64,000 nucleotides of DNA, taken from NCBI GenBank assembly GCA_951406725.2, contig OX597828.1, positions 50,654,001-50,718,000 of the forward strand. Reading direction: 5' to 3'. The translations under genes were made by a program, and so were the position numbers. Shown piece after piece: positions 41,722 through 56,365 of the stretch. Numbering within the stretch: position 1 is the stretch's first letter; each line of letters opens with the position of its first letter. This DNA comes from Octopus vulgaris. Lineage: Eukaryota. Under the pieces are notes generated by a model, which made no database searches, was not told the origin of the DNA, and worked only from the letters and a program-made list of their open reading frames with translations.

Positions 41722-42356
41722 TCTATATATAAAACTGTAGTTGTGTGAGTGTCTGTCCCCTTCGATTTAGATTACTAACTACTCCCACATTTTGCGGTGC
41801 AGTTTAACCAAATTCGGGTAGCTTATAGTCGTGATTCATATCAAGCCCGTCTGAGTATTAGCGCGCGTCTACGATGAGGCTACGATTTTAAAAATAATTT
41901 AACATAATTTTTTATTCCATTTTAATGCATAATTTTTCGTGTGTCGATGGCGGCGGAGTTGGCGTCCACGCTCACACCTACACCTGTGGGGAAGGGATTG
42001 TAAGGAAATCAACGTCGTAATGCGTTGTCAAGGAGACCAGCGTTCTTTTAGAACAACGACTTCATGGCTTGAAGACACCAAAACAGAAATGGCTAAGAAA
42101 GCGTCTACATGAGTCTACGATTTAAAAAAAAATTTACCATCGTTTTTTTTCCATTTTAATGCATTTTTTCGCTATTATATAAGGGAAGTAACTCTCTAAA
42201 AATGTCTACGATGAGTCAACGATTTAAAAAAAAATTTACCATCATATTTTTTCCATTTTTAATGCATTTTTTGCTATTTTTTGGCTATAACTCTCTAAAA
42301 ATGCTTATATAGTTATTTCCCTTACAAACCCGAGCAACGCCGGGCGATACTGCTAG
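41722..42356 (+). mobile_element. non-autonomous Helitron-like element
   Basis: 5' TCTATATATAAAA; 3' hairpin cccgagcaacgccggg then CTAG|T; three internal ~70-bp repeats gtctac..gagtc.acgattt.aaaa...ccattttaatgcat; no TIR or TSD. Confidence 0.8.
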
Positions 42357-42692
42357 TATATATATATGCGTGTGTGTGTGTGAATGCATATATATATATA
42401 TACGCGCACACACACACATATATGCATACGCACACGGCCACACACATGCACACACACATATTCATATTAACTTGTATCTTTGCGTATGCTATTTATGCAG
42501 AATTCACCGTGTATAAGAAATGATGGTTCTTGTTAATGTATGTTTTCATTCTTGTGCGTTAACTACAGTTTTAGACCTTTTTAGCTGTTATTTCTAGCAA
42601 TGTGGCTGTTTTTTAACATCCTAGTCACATTCAGTGACAATAATAATTTTCCTTTCTGGTGAAACATTGCAGCCTGCTGTTTACATTAATTT

Positions 42693-42778
<86 letters not shown>

Positions 42779-42835
42779 TATATATATATATACACACATA
42801 TATATATATACCGGAGTAAACAATACGGGTTCTAT

Positions 42836-42894
42836 TTTAACAAAACTGTCCGACGAACGGGAACGTGAAACTCCGAGTAACAGGTTTTGTTAAA
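42836..42894 (+). ncRNA. type I hammerhead motif with CCGACGA core
   Basis: tttaacaaaactgt-CCGACGA-acg ggaa cgt-GAA-act ccg agt-A-acag(g)ttttgttaaa: 14-bp stem I with one bulged G, GNRA-capped stem II, GUA triplet. Confidence 0.8.
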
Positions 42895-42914
42895 TTTTTG
42901 CTGCTTTAAATAAA

Positions 42915-42986
<72 letters not shown>

Positions 42987-43403
42987 TGTGTGTGTGTGTG
43001 TGTGTGTAAAGATAGAAAGAAAGAAAGAGAGGGGGAAGGACAGAAAGAGAAATAGATAGATATTTGTAAATATATATATATAAAATCCAAATGGTTACTG
43101 TTGGACGGCATAGTGCATAGACACACCTGTACACGTGAACATACGACTCGTACACATATTAACACACATCTACAAGTACAGGCATGTGTATAAATGTGAG
43201 TGTCACCACTTATGAAACAGTTCATTTTCCATATCTTTCGGCATTATCTCATTAAGCAATTTTCTTTATGAATATCTATTCAGCTTTGCGAATTACTAAT
43301 ATGTGGTAATATATCTTGGTGGAAGCATCGTTTATTATGTCTGTCACTAATTATAAGTCCATATTTTGTAACATAGTGAAAATATTCCTAAGAATTGCAA
43401 ATC

Positions 43404-43682
<279 letters not shown>

Positions 43683-44228
43683 AGTCTTTCAATTACGTTT
43701 CCATTTCTTGTCGAGTGTCTTCTTGACACCTAGGGCAGAGAAAGCCACTGCATACATTGGTTGGCCATTGAAGTAAACACACCCGGTCCCGGTCGTTCAT
43801 TTCTAAAGTCATGTGATAGAGAAAAAAGGGAGAGAACGACAGAGAGAAAAAAGACAAAAAGAAAATATGAAAAAATTTAAACAAAAAAGTAAGGGAGAAA
43901 AAGGAAAGAAAATTCACAGCGACAGTGTTCTTCTCAGTACGTGTGATGTACAAATTACGATAACCTTTTGCAGTTCTTGCGTGGCTGATAAGCTAGGGAT
44001 CATTCTTAAATAATTTTCAGTTCCCTTTTCGATCATTCCAACCGATTCTACAATTACTGGTATTGTAACCGTCCGTCTTGAGAAGCCACGTATTTTAGAT
44101 TTCGATTTGCAAATCTTTTTTTTTAGTTTCTGAGCTTATCAAATTCTTCTGCTGAGATATTATGGTCACAAGGTATGCTCCTGTCAACCAATAAACAGGC
44201 ATTATTGCTTTATACTCTACAGGGAAGT

Positions 44229-44380
44229 CGGCGAGCTGGCAGAAACGTTAGCAAACTGGGAGAAATGCTTAACTGTATTTCGTCTGTCTTTACGTTCGAG
44301 GTTCAAATTCCCCCGAAGTCGGCTTTTCCTTTCATCCTTTTGGGATCAGTAAATTAAGTACCAGTTGTGTACTGGTATCA
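44229..44380 (+). mobile_element. SINE family B, partial
   Basis: ggcgagctggcagaaacgttagc...ggttcaaattcc...ttcatccttt. Confidence 0.8.
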
Positions 44381-44621
44381 GTTTAAGACACACACATATA
44401 TAAATATATATATATAGAGAGGTAGATATGTATAAGTTTATGAATTTGTGTTGCAAGATTCCTGATGTGAAGTCGTGTGTTGAAATAACTCTTGTTGTAT
44501 TTCAGGATGATTATTATTATTATTATTATTATTAATTTTTTTACAATCAAATATAAGCACTACTTATTCGTTCTTCACTCGTTTATTACTGTTCTTATAC
44601 TAACTCATGTCCCTTGTACTA

Positions 44622-44753
44622 GATCCACTCACAAGCCTTTGGTCAGCCCGAGGCGACAGTAGAAGACACTCACCCAAGGTGCCACGCAGTGGGACTGAAC
44701 CGGAACCATATGGTTGCAAAGCAAGCTTCTCACCTCACAGCCACTCCTGTGCC
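44622..44753 (-). mobile_element. SINE family A head
   Basis: gccacgcagtgggactgaac...cacagccactcctgtgcc. Confidence 0.8.
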
Positions 44754-44783
44754 TAAATATGCATATGTATATATATATAAAAA

Positions 44784-44984
44784 TGTGACCTCGTGTGTAC
44801 CGTTGGCGATTTTTTTCTCTGTCTTCCCTTCTCTGGATCTTTCCTTCTCCTATGTTTCCGACGAAGAGCTCCGCTCGAAACGTTGAACCCTCCTACTTTC
44901 CTTCTCTCCTAAGCGTCCAATAATACTATATTTGTTCCACGTCCTCGCGTTGTTGTGTTTTTTTGTGCTTTCTTGTTTGGATTA

Positions 44985-44990
<6 letters not shown>
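44784..44990 (+). mobile_element. short PLE-terminal-like repeat with a minimal hammerhead motif (44854-44888)
   Basis: gttt-CCGACGA-a-gagctccgctc-GAAAC-GTT-gaac; paralogue of 12520-12742. Confidence 0.7.
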
Positions 44991-45035
<45 letters not shown>

Positions 45036-45037
45036 TA

Positions 45038-45255
45038 TTTCAAATTCTGGTACAAACCCAGTCGTTCGGGGCTTGGGTGTCAGTCGATTACGTCGACTCC
45101 ACTGCTCAACTGGTACTTATTTCATCGACCACGAAAGGATGAAAAGCAAAGACGACATCGACAGAATTTGAACTCATAACATAATGACGGACGAAATACC
45201 TGTAAACATTTTAACATTTTGCTAGGTGTGCTGACAATTCTGCCTGTTCACCTTC
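45038..45255 (-). mobile_element. SINE family B, degraded
   Basis: aactggtacttatttcatcgacc..gaaaggatgaaaagcaaag. Confidence 0.7.
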
Positions 45256-45748
45256 ACCAATCTATCTATCATCTATCTATATATATATATATATATGTCT
45301 ATATATAGGTATGCTAAAGTAAGATGAATAACACTCTGTACAAAGTCTAATTAGACAAAAATCGTAAATTCGTTGTTAGATACATCAGATTCGTAATTGT
45401 GACAGAGCATACGTTGCAGAACAACACCTAAAGGAAGGAAAACATGGGCAAAAAGATAATACGTAGTGGTTTTGCTTACTTACCTTTCATATACGAATAG
45501 AAATTTTAAAAGCATTGCTAACAATTGTGAAATATTTTTCACAAGCAATAAGGAAATAGCATATTACGTAAGGAATCAGGAATATACATATAGATCTATG
45601 TATCGTCAATGTGAAATATTTATAGAATCTTATCTACTGTTCTATATTTGTTACTTGAAACATTACCATATTCCAATAGTGTTTTATAGTTAACATATTC
45701 ATGAAAATTTCTCTAATACTGAAGATTTTATAAATATATATATATAAC

Positions 45749-45801
<53 letters not shown>

Positions 45802-45832
45802 GGATACAACACTCACCCAACAAGAACTCACT

Positions 45833-45900
45833 ACTTGAACAAAACTTGACTTGAACAAAACTTGACTTGAACAAAACTTGACTTGAACAAAACTTGACTT
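45833..45900. repeat. 16-bp minisatellite (acttgaacaaaacttg) x4
   Basis: direct inspection. Confidence 0.9.
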
Positions 45901-46284
45901 AAACTGGATTCGAATAATCCTATCAGGTGGTGCTATTAAGTTAGACATGGCCTGGACCAATCTTTGGTCGAAACATATCTAAGTCTAAGTCTATATATAT
46001 ATATACATGGTGGCTGCCCCCTCGTTATCGAGTATGGCCATTGCGCGAAGCTTAATCAATGTTGTTATCGTGCAATGCCTGTGCAAGATTTTTTTTATAG
46101 TGAGGAAACACTGTACACTGAGTCAATCCCCTACACTAAGCAACAGCAGTCATAATCCGAAAAGAAGAACAAGTCAACATCATCGGTAACCACTAAGCCG
46201 CAGGTCTTATGTCGGAGTTATCCCAGTTACCTGGTTACCTTCTCCTAGAAGGATGCCCTAACAAAGGCTAGGAGTCCTTCACTC

Positions 46285-46356
<72 letters not shown>

Positions 46357-46495
46357 TTATATATATATATATATTTATATATATATAAAATTTAGATATG
46401 TTTCGACCAAAGAATAGATAGTCCAGGCCATGTCTAACTTAATAGCATCACCTGATAGGATTATCTAAATCCTTTTTAAGTCAAGTTTTGTGGTA

Positions 46496-46752
46496 TCATG
46501 ATCCATTCAAGCGCTGGGGAGAGTATAGTTTCATGGTTTTAAGGCGGTCCCAGTAATCGAGATCAGTCATGCCCTTAATTCGTTTAGTCAATGCCCTCTG
46601 GGGTGAATTAATTTTCGAAATGTTTTGTTTTGTATGGGGAGACCACGAGAGGCAACAATATTTGAGGTGTGGCCGTACAAAGGAGGAGAAAAGTGGAATG
46701 ATGGCACCTTGTTCTCTGGACTGGAAGGTTCTTAAGATCCAAGAGCACATCC
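46496..46752 (-). mobile_element. CR1-like LINE C-terminal fragment
   Basis: WILRTFQSRE...LFSSFVRPHLKYCCLSWSPH...QRALTKRIKGMTDLDYWDRLKTMKLYS. Confidence 0.85.
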
Positions 46753-46758
46753 TAGAGC

Positions 46759-47023
46759 TATTAGGTTGTCAATAAATTTCTTGCGGAATCTTCAATTTTG
46801 GTTTTAAATGATGTCTTTTCAAATAAATATTCGTCAAATTACTTTGACTTTATATATCATTTTAAAGCCCGTTTTTCTCTTTGAATAATTAGGCCATTTT
46901 TTCCGGAACGTTGAATAGAACAAGGACAAAAAGCAAATTCGCACAATTTTCTTATTCCACTTCAAGCTAGGCCGAAAAGCTGCTGAAATAGCTCGCGATA
47001 TCAACCATGCGTTTGGCCTAGGA
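46759..47023 (+). mobile_element. mariner 5' end (Hsmar1/cecropia-like)
   Basis: TA|TTAGGTTG terminus; DKKQIRTIFLFHFKLGRKAAEIARDINHAFG. Confidence 0.85.
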
Positions 47024-47624
47024 ATACAAAATGGGACAAGAACGCAAAACATCCAGTTAGACAGTTAGGTGATACACAAAAGGGACAACAAAACATCCAG
47101 ATAGACGATACAAAGAAAACAAGGACGAATGTATACTAAAACAAGGACGGAAAAAAAACGAGAATGTTACAAAAATACAAGCAACAGAACATTAACAACA
47201 GGTGTCTTTCGACTAAGGACGACTTAAATTAAGCTGGCGTGTGTCGAAGTAAAGTCTTACGACAGGGATACAAGATTTTACAGGCACAGGGAGGAATATA
47301 GATGTTGAATGGACAACGGTCGACCTAAGAAAGAAAGGTCAGGCTTGGCTGAACACCGGTTACGCGAGGAGAGAATAGAGAGGCGTAGAGGCAGAGGGAG
47401 AGAAGAAATAAGAAGGGGCGAGAAAAAATGACAGGGACACAATAAAGTGAAAAGGGGAGGGAAAGTGAGCATGAAGAGAAGGTAAGGAAATGTGAGAGAG
47501 GGGAAACGAAAGAACGAAGAGTGGAATGAACGAAGTAAGCGTGAAAGGGCTGATAGAAAGAAGGAAAGAATAAAAAAATAGAGTCGTACAAAATTTAGAT
47601 AAATATATACTTACATATAAGAAA

Positions 47625-47678
<54 letters not shown>

Positions 47679-47679
47679 T

Positions 47680-47870
47680 CGCTATGATAGATCGTTAGCC
47701 ACTACACACATTTTTTTCTCTCCTTGTTTCTCTCCTTGTTTTTTCTGTGTACCTTTCTGCAGAAGAGCGTAGGCTCGAAACATAAAAGACTTTTTCTATT
47801 CCTGAGCGTTATATCTAATACATCTGTTTGTTTTGTACACCACCTGTCTTCGTCTTTTGTTTTCTTCGTA
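47680..47870 (+). mobile_element. short repeat with decayed minimal hammerhead (47753-47788)
   Basis: cttt-CTGCAGA-a-gagc gtag gctc-GAAAC-ATA-aaag between (TA)n tracts. Confidence 0.55.
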
Positions 47871-48611
47871 AATATATATATATATATATATACATATATA
47901 TAGTGTAATAAATAAAATATATGCATACATACATACATATATGTACGTACCTACATCTACATATATATATACATGCATATATAAATATATATACGTGAGT
48001 ACAGGACACCACAACTAGACGTAGAACTCAACGAGAAACGAAAACGGAAAAACAAGCATGGAACAAACTATTTTTTACAACAGAAAAACAGAGTACAAGA
48101 CAAACAACACAAGGAAAAATCCCCTTCATCAGCTGTCCCTAGTTCTACTCTAGCGTGTTTCGAAGGTAGGACAGAACACGACTCGTCAAACTAGCCCTTC
48201 CTGCGAGAGAATTAAAATACAATTATTCATTGTATCCGTTTATCAACGCTTTATTTTCTGTGCTTAATTGCACGTAAAATATAAACATTCGATGGAAATT
48301 AAAAGCGCTTTTATATACCCTGCCTATCTGTATCGGAGCACATGAATGGAAATGGAAACACACCTGAACCAATGCTTGGTAGCTTCATGGCTTTTCCCAT
48401 GATTTATTACGAGAGTATATCTCCATGATTCAGCTAAATCGGGCCAAAGCCTAGAATAAGTTTGGTATATTTGTAATTACAAAACTACACCTCAGGATGT
48501 ACACATTATCACAGTTAACATGACTGTTCGACTAACTTTAGTAATGGATATTGATTCTGTGTTGTTTACAGACATCAACAGATCCCGAGGGAAGTAAAAT
48601 GTACGACGTGT

Positions 48612-48704
48612 ATGCGAATGTGTGTATATGTGTGTTTGTGTGCCTGTGTGTTTGTGTATAAGTGTATGTATGTATCTATTTATCTACACACACACACACA
48701 CACA

Positions 48705-48749
<45 letters not shown>

Positions 48750-48763
48750 GCATATATATATAC

Positions 48764-48807
<44 letters not shown>

Positions 48808-49079
48808 ATATGTATGTATATGTATATATATGTATGCATATGTGTGTATATATGTATATGTATATATATGTATGCACATACATATATACCTATATATATA
48901 TATGTATGTGTATATTTACACACACATACAGCACATATGTATAACTATACATACATGCATATATATATATATATATGTACTTATAAACATATATATATAT
49001 ATATGTATATATATTTATATGTATTTATAAACATATATACATATATATATATATATAAACATATATATATATATAAATA

Positions 49080-49115
<36 letters not shown>

Positions 49116-49168
49116 ATATGCATTTATAAACATATATACATATATATATATAGACATATATATATATA

Positions 49169-49213
<45 letters not shown>

Positions 49214-49236
49214 TTATATGTATTTATAAACATATA

Positions 49237-49286
<50 letters not shown>
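48612..49286. repeat. (TA)n/(TATG)n microsatellite field
   Basis: direct inspection. Confidence 0.93.
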
Positions 49287-49289
<3 letters not shown>

Positions 49290-50074
49290 CGGTATAATGA
49301 AGTTTAGATTATTTGTAGTTGTACTGCGTGCCCATGTGCCCGTGTGTATCTTTTGTCTGTGTCTATAATTATGTACGAGTGTGTGTATTTGTGTGCATGA
49401 ATGTAAGTATTTGTATTTAATGTGTGTCCAAATAACGCATGAGTGTACATTACTTTTTTTACACTTTGTTGCGTTGATGTTATTTATCTTGTAATGTTAA
49501 CCTTGCACCATCCAAAATATCTGAAGTTCCTTGTTTGTTTCTTTTTTAATTCATGAAGAAAATGGAAAATAAAATGTATTGCCAAACTTCTTGTGTGAAC
49601 GTATTTTCTTAAAAATCTACAGAGACTGATATTGAGTTATGTGAAACCTAATTTTACACCATACGATACTGTCATGTTGTGACTTTCGTATCTTCCTTGT
49701 ATTGAATTTTTGTTTTTCTTTTAATCAAAATAAATAGAAAAAAAGCCTCATTTTATGATGTTTGTTCTTGGTGTGTAATGTAAGCTGGACACATTGAGTT
49801 CGTATCTAGATCCCTTTAGGTAACTTCAAATGATACGCCACGATCTCGATGAGAAAAATTCTCGGCAGAAGTACATCATCAGCCTGTGTGATACTTCCTC
49901 ATAAAATTGCGCTCCTTTTATAGATCCAAGGAAATGGTTAAGCACCCAAACACCAGCTAATCGTCTGCGAAGCATACGAAGCTCGTCTCAGATTTACACT
50001 GCAGTGCTGCCTCCACAACTGGGGTGTTGCTGCTAGATATCACGGACTTTATTGAATAAATTTACTTTCTTTTA

Positions 50075-50268
50075 CATGTTTCAGTCATTTGACTGCGCCC
50101 ATGCTGGAGCACCGCCTTTTAGTCGAGCAAATGGAAATGGAACCCAAGACTTATTCATTGTAAGCCTAGTACTTATTCTATCGATCTCTCTTGCCGAACC
50201 GGTAAGTTACGGAAACTTAAACACACCAGCATCGGTTATCAAGCGATGTTGGGAGGACAACATACACA

Positions 50269-50347
<79 letters not shown>

Positions 50348-50518
50348 CATACATACATACGACAGGCTTCTTTCAGTTTCCGTCTACCAAATCCATTCAC
50401 AAGGCTTTGGTCGGCCCGAGGCTATCGTAGAAGACACCTGGCCAAGTTGCCACGCAGTGGGACTGAACCCGGAACAACATGTAGTAGGTTAGCAAGCTAC
50501 TTACCACGCAGCCACTCT
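50075..50518 (-). mobile_element. SINE family A
   Basis: antisense, near full length, expanded internal microsatellite. Confidence 0.87.
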
Positions 50519-50858
50519 TTAGCATTTCAAGATATCTTTATGTAATTTTGGTAAATATATCTGTTAACATGAGATGTGGGGGTTATTTTCATTTTTGCAT
50601 AATTTAGACGCTCTATGTAAAATGTAACCACGTGTGGATTGTTGGCGATTCTTGTCCTCCGTCTTCCTTTCCCCTTGGACTTTCCCCTGTCTTCACATTC
50701 TGAAGTAGAGCTTTGCTACAAACGTTATACACCCTCTCTTTCCTTCACTTAACGTCTTTTAAGTTTCGCATGTACCACGTCTTCGAGTTGTTGTTTTTCT
50801 TGTGGTTTTTCTTCGTTTTGTTTTTGGATTATATACATACATACATACATACATACAT

Positions 50859-50891
<33 letters not shown>

Positions 50892-51061
50892 TATATATGT
50901 GTGTCAAATAGCTAGCTAGAGGCAATGGCCTCTTGGAGCTAATCAGCGACAGCTTTAGTCTTATATTTATAGACTACCATATTAGTATGGCGATAACTAT
51001 TAATATCCAGTAACGCTGCCGTAATCTCCTTTAGAGAGACTTAGTAATTTTAATATATTGC

Positions 51062-51134
<73 letters not shown>

Positions 51135-51630
51135 GTGCAGCTATGCGCGTATATAGACGTGTGTGTGTGTGGGTGCATACGGGTATGTGCGTATATAGAC
51201 GTGTTTTACTATTATTGCTTTTTTATACTCCATTACACATTTTTTCTGTATTGTTGCCCTTAGCCCTGTTTTTTTCTTGTGCTTGTGGGTATGTGGACGT
51301 GTGTAAGAGACATTTTGGTGCACGCGTGTGTGTGTGGGGTTGTATATATATATATATATATATGTTTTGTTGAATGGTGCGTGTGAGAATGTGTATGTTT
51401 CAAGTGAGGGTAGATGAGTGTATACTTTTAGGCGCATGCACGTAGGTGTGCGGGCGCGCATGTGTAGGTATGGGCATGAGCGTTTATGCGAATACTATAA
51501 CATTTTTACACCCTTACATTTACTCCCTCCCCTCACTTACCGGTCATTCAGATAGCTCTTTTGTCTTAATAACGGTCAATCACACAGTAATTTCCCTTCG
51601 TTTAACGGTCATTTTTTATAGCAATTTTTC

Positions 51631-51693
51631 GGATAACTGAAGAGATGGCGGCTTGGATTTCCACTCCGGCATCCGAAACTCGGAGTTTTATTT
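51631..51693 (+). ncRNA. type I hammerhead-like motif with canonical CTGAAGA core, slightly decayed
   Basis: ggataa-CTGAAGA-gatggcgg...ccggcatc-c-GAA-act cgg agt-T-ttattt. Confidence 0.6.
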
Positions 51694-51721
51694 TGGCTAC
51701 TGAATAATTATCACATATTGC

Positions 51722-51793
<72 letters not shown>

Positions 51794-52622
51794 CCATATC
51801 AGCCGAAATTGTGAGGATGATCCGGTTCTTGACTGAGGATAAAAGGCTTCGAATGACCCGTCCTTGTTATTTTATATCGTCTTGTAGATAGAAAATGTTT
51901 GACATTACATATGAAATTCGATTCCCTATTTCCCGCTGACATGACAGGCGCTCTGCCATTGGACCAAAGTAATCACTTGCATTTCCTTGTAATTTAAAAA
52001 TTTTATTCTTGGCATTGACTATTGTATTTTGCTGACGTCATAGAAATTCTATAAACTTTCCAGAGAACGTGAAGTAATTCTTTATATATATATATACATT
52101 TCCAGAATCATCAGCTGTAAAGTTTTGAAATCCCCATCCCCCTTGCATATGTTTCAGTTTCGACAACCATTGTCTAGCAATCAGCATAGGTGCGAACCGC
52201 TTCCCACAAGCAATGATATAATACAAAATAAATGTTTTAAAAAGATTTAAAAGTATGTCTCATTGTTTATCAGGTATAGATGTTTCATTAAAATTATGTT
52301 GGTAAATCACCTATGGATATTTTCGTAGCTGAGTGATCGTCCCACCCCACGATTTATCAGAAACAAGTGGTCGTGCTAACTTACCTTGCATTCTAATGAT
52401 CGATCTGTTATAATTTGCAGCGTGACTTCGAATATTAACTACCTGTTTACCGTTGATGGCAAGATATTTGTTAAATCAATTACAATAGATTTTGTAAGAG
52501 ATTTCTCATTAGAAAATAGAACACGTATACTTCACACATCTTTAACAATATTTTCACTATAACTTTCTCATTTTATACACACACACACACATACACACAC
52601 ACACACAAACAGTACACAGCTT

Positions 52623-52687
<65 letters not shown>

Positions 52688-52784
52688 TAATGTTTGCATA
52701 GTGGCATGTAAAAGCTGTCAAGTCAAGCATAAACTAAGGAATCACTTAATACTTTTAAGCAGAGTAACATATATTTTATTTATA

Positions 52785-52934
52785 GGCGCAGGAGTGGCTG
52801 TGTGATTCTGGGTTCAGTCCCACTGCATGGTACCTTGGGCAAGTGTCTTTTACTATAGCCTCGGGCTGACCAAAGCCTTGTGAATGGATTTGGTAGACGG
52901 AAACTGACAGAAGCCCGTCGTATATATATATACA

Positions 52935-52970
<36 letters not shown>

Positions 52971-53270
52971 TGTATGTATGTATGTATGTATGTATGTATA
53001 TATGTATGTATGTATGTATGTATGTGTATATGTTTGTGTATCTGTGTTTGTCCCCCCACCATCGATTGACAACAGATGCTGGTGTATTTACCTCCCCATA
53101 ACTTAGTAGTTCGGCAGAAGAGAACGATAGAATACTAAGTTTACAAAGAATAAGTCCTGGGGTCGATTTTCTCGACTAAAGGCGGTACTCCAGCATGGTC
53201 GCATTCAAATGACTGAAACAAGTAAAAGAGTAAAAGAGTAAAAGAGTAAAAGAGTAAAAGAGTAAAAGAG
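52785..53270 (+). mobile_element. SINE family A with (TAAAAGAG)n tail
   Basis: head deleted internally; six 8-bp tail repeats at ~53223-53270. Confidence 0.87.
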
Positions 53271-54490
53271 AAGCTAAAGGTTGACGATAACTTCGAAGTT
53301 TCGGTTTAACTGTCGTCACACTGTTTCATGAAACGAAGCCAAAAATTCGAAGTTACTATAAGCATTTAGTGCTATACTTCTATATGTATGTTTGTCTCTA
53401 TACGTATCTATCAATCTACACACACACGCAACCCACATTTATATTTGTGCGTATGTGGGTGTGTGTGTGTATGTATTTTTATATACACTGAACATTTGGT
53501 GATGCAATAACGAATTTTAAAAAAAACGTCTAGGCAAAAGTCTAGTCCTCAAAATTAATAGATACAGCTTCCTTGCAATGAACAGAGAACGGTGACTGGT
53601 TGATAAATATAAATTGATTGTATTTTCCTGTTCCACTATAAAATGTAACACTATACATAATATATTATTTGAATACTTTGTAAAACCATTATGTTTGCTG
53701 AAAATGTGAACTGTTTCGAAATGACTCATTATGATTATAAATCAGAAAATTATTATTTATTGAACAAGTCAAGATAAAGTTAAATATGTCCAACAAAATA
53801 GCAATTGTTCGCCATTTTGTCATCTCGATATATCATTCTTATATAAAATTTATGTCCAGATGGATTAAATAAATATAAGATTCCATCCGAGCAAAGTAGT
53901 GACAGCGGGTTATCATTTAGAGTGTGATCATTTTATATTGGTACCGTCCGTTACAAATATGTGGAGAAAATCCTATACATTCACATCAATGTCTTTATAA
54001 AATATTGCGTTGTCATCTCATACATCTTCAGTTTAAAAAACACATCGACTGCTGCATTCACTATTTTAGTAGTAGACCCAATTTTGCATACCTTGATTTA
54101 TATAGATATCCACAATAGTTACATAATATATCATTTAGCTATGTATTGGTTGCAATAATGAAATGTATAGAGCAGATGGAGATTTTCGCTATTTCGCCTT
54201 CTAAATTGGACAATAAATCTACCATAGGAACCAATCAGATATTTGCATATATTTCTCTAATAGCTAAACTGTATACGATATCTTGTGTTATTCAATGCTT
54301 AGTAGCACAGTTAGTGGAAACGCTATGATTTATTCACGGAAATTTATCCGCTGATTTATGCTTGACATGTTGAAATATTCCCAAATATCTGCCAAATATT
54401 ACATTGCAAATGTTTTTAAAGAGATCTTTGAGTAATCAAGTATACATACATACATACATTCATACATACATACGTACATACATACATACG

Positions 54491-54548
<58 letters not shown>

Positions 54549-54933
54549 AAGACACTGTTTGGTGTTTAATTTTTCTTCCTCTAGTTTCGTAGTTTACGTA
54601 GTTAATTGCAGCGAAATCACATGTATTGCATAATCTTCAATAGCGACTCAAATTGTTCATACTTTATCTATCTAAATACAGGAACACTCCTTTAGAAATG
54701 TTAACTGAATCAATACTTTGTAACTTGACTGCTTTATCGTCTTTCATGACTTGAATATATCTTCATGATTCAGCTAAATTGTTCCAAGTGCAAAAATGAA
54801 GGATTATGTGTTTGAAATTAGAGAATTACGCCTCAGGATGTAAACATTATCGCATCTAACATGTCTATTTGAGTAAGTTCAGTAATAGATATTGATTCCG
54901 CCTCGCTTACTGACATGATGTAATACCTAGGGG

Positions 54934-55445
<512 letters not shown>

Positions 55446-55739
55446 TATGGTAACGTGTTTCACATACGCCTATATATTTCAATAACTATCCACGCTAAAC
55501 GCACAGAGTTTCTATGCACTGATATACACCCGATCTCCTGCCTACATCCACATAATGAACAAACGCACATCCATTAAAAAAAAAAACACTTACATAAAAA
55601 TACACTCATACGCACAATCCATTTTAGATACACTTAGAAACAACAATTATCCTCATCACTATCTCAACTACCACACATATAACTATCTACTTCATACCCC
55701 GCCCATCTGGACTCTCTTTCCCGGTGCTCAGTATTCTTT

Positions 55740-55953
55740 TCTTTTACTTGTTTCAGTCATTTTGATTGCGACCATGCTGGAGCACCACCTTTTTAGTCGA
55801 TCAAATCGTCCCCAGGACTTATTCTTTGTGAGCCTAGTACTTATTCTATCGGTTCTGTTTTTGCCGAACCGCTAAGTTACGGGGACGTATCACACCAGCA
55901 TCGGTTGTCAAGCGATGTTGGGGGGACAAACACAGACACACAGACACAGGCAC

Positions 55954-56003
<50 letters not shown>

Positions 56004-56213
56004 GTATATACATATATACGACGGGCTCCTTTCAGTTTCTGTCCACCAAATCCCCTCACAAGGCTTTGGTCAGCCCGAGGCTATTGTAGAAGACACTTAC
56101 CGAAAGTGCCACGCAGTGGGACTGAACCCGGAACCATGTGGTTGGTAAGCAAGCTACTTACTACACAGCCACTCCTGCACCTATATACTTACCACACAGC
56201 CACTCCTGCGCCT
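55740..56213 (-). mobile_element. SINE family A with duplicated head end
   Basis: antisense copy; acacagccactcctgc.cctata occurs twice in tandem. Confidence 0.87.
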
Positions 56214-56365
56214 ATATAGTTAACCATTTTTCAAAATGTTGAGAACTTGTTAACATAGCGCTGTTTTCATATTCTGGCCATGTAGAAGTTTTTCACTCTC
56301 CTCTTCCAGGAAATACCATAAGTACTAAACAACGAATTACCCGTTCCTGTCTGTTTCAACATATA

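Noticed and set aside
48120-48195. GAAAC...CTGATGA on the minus strand (possible type II hammerhead)
   Set aside because: I could not build convincing stems I and III or an NUH triplet.
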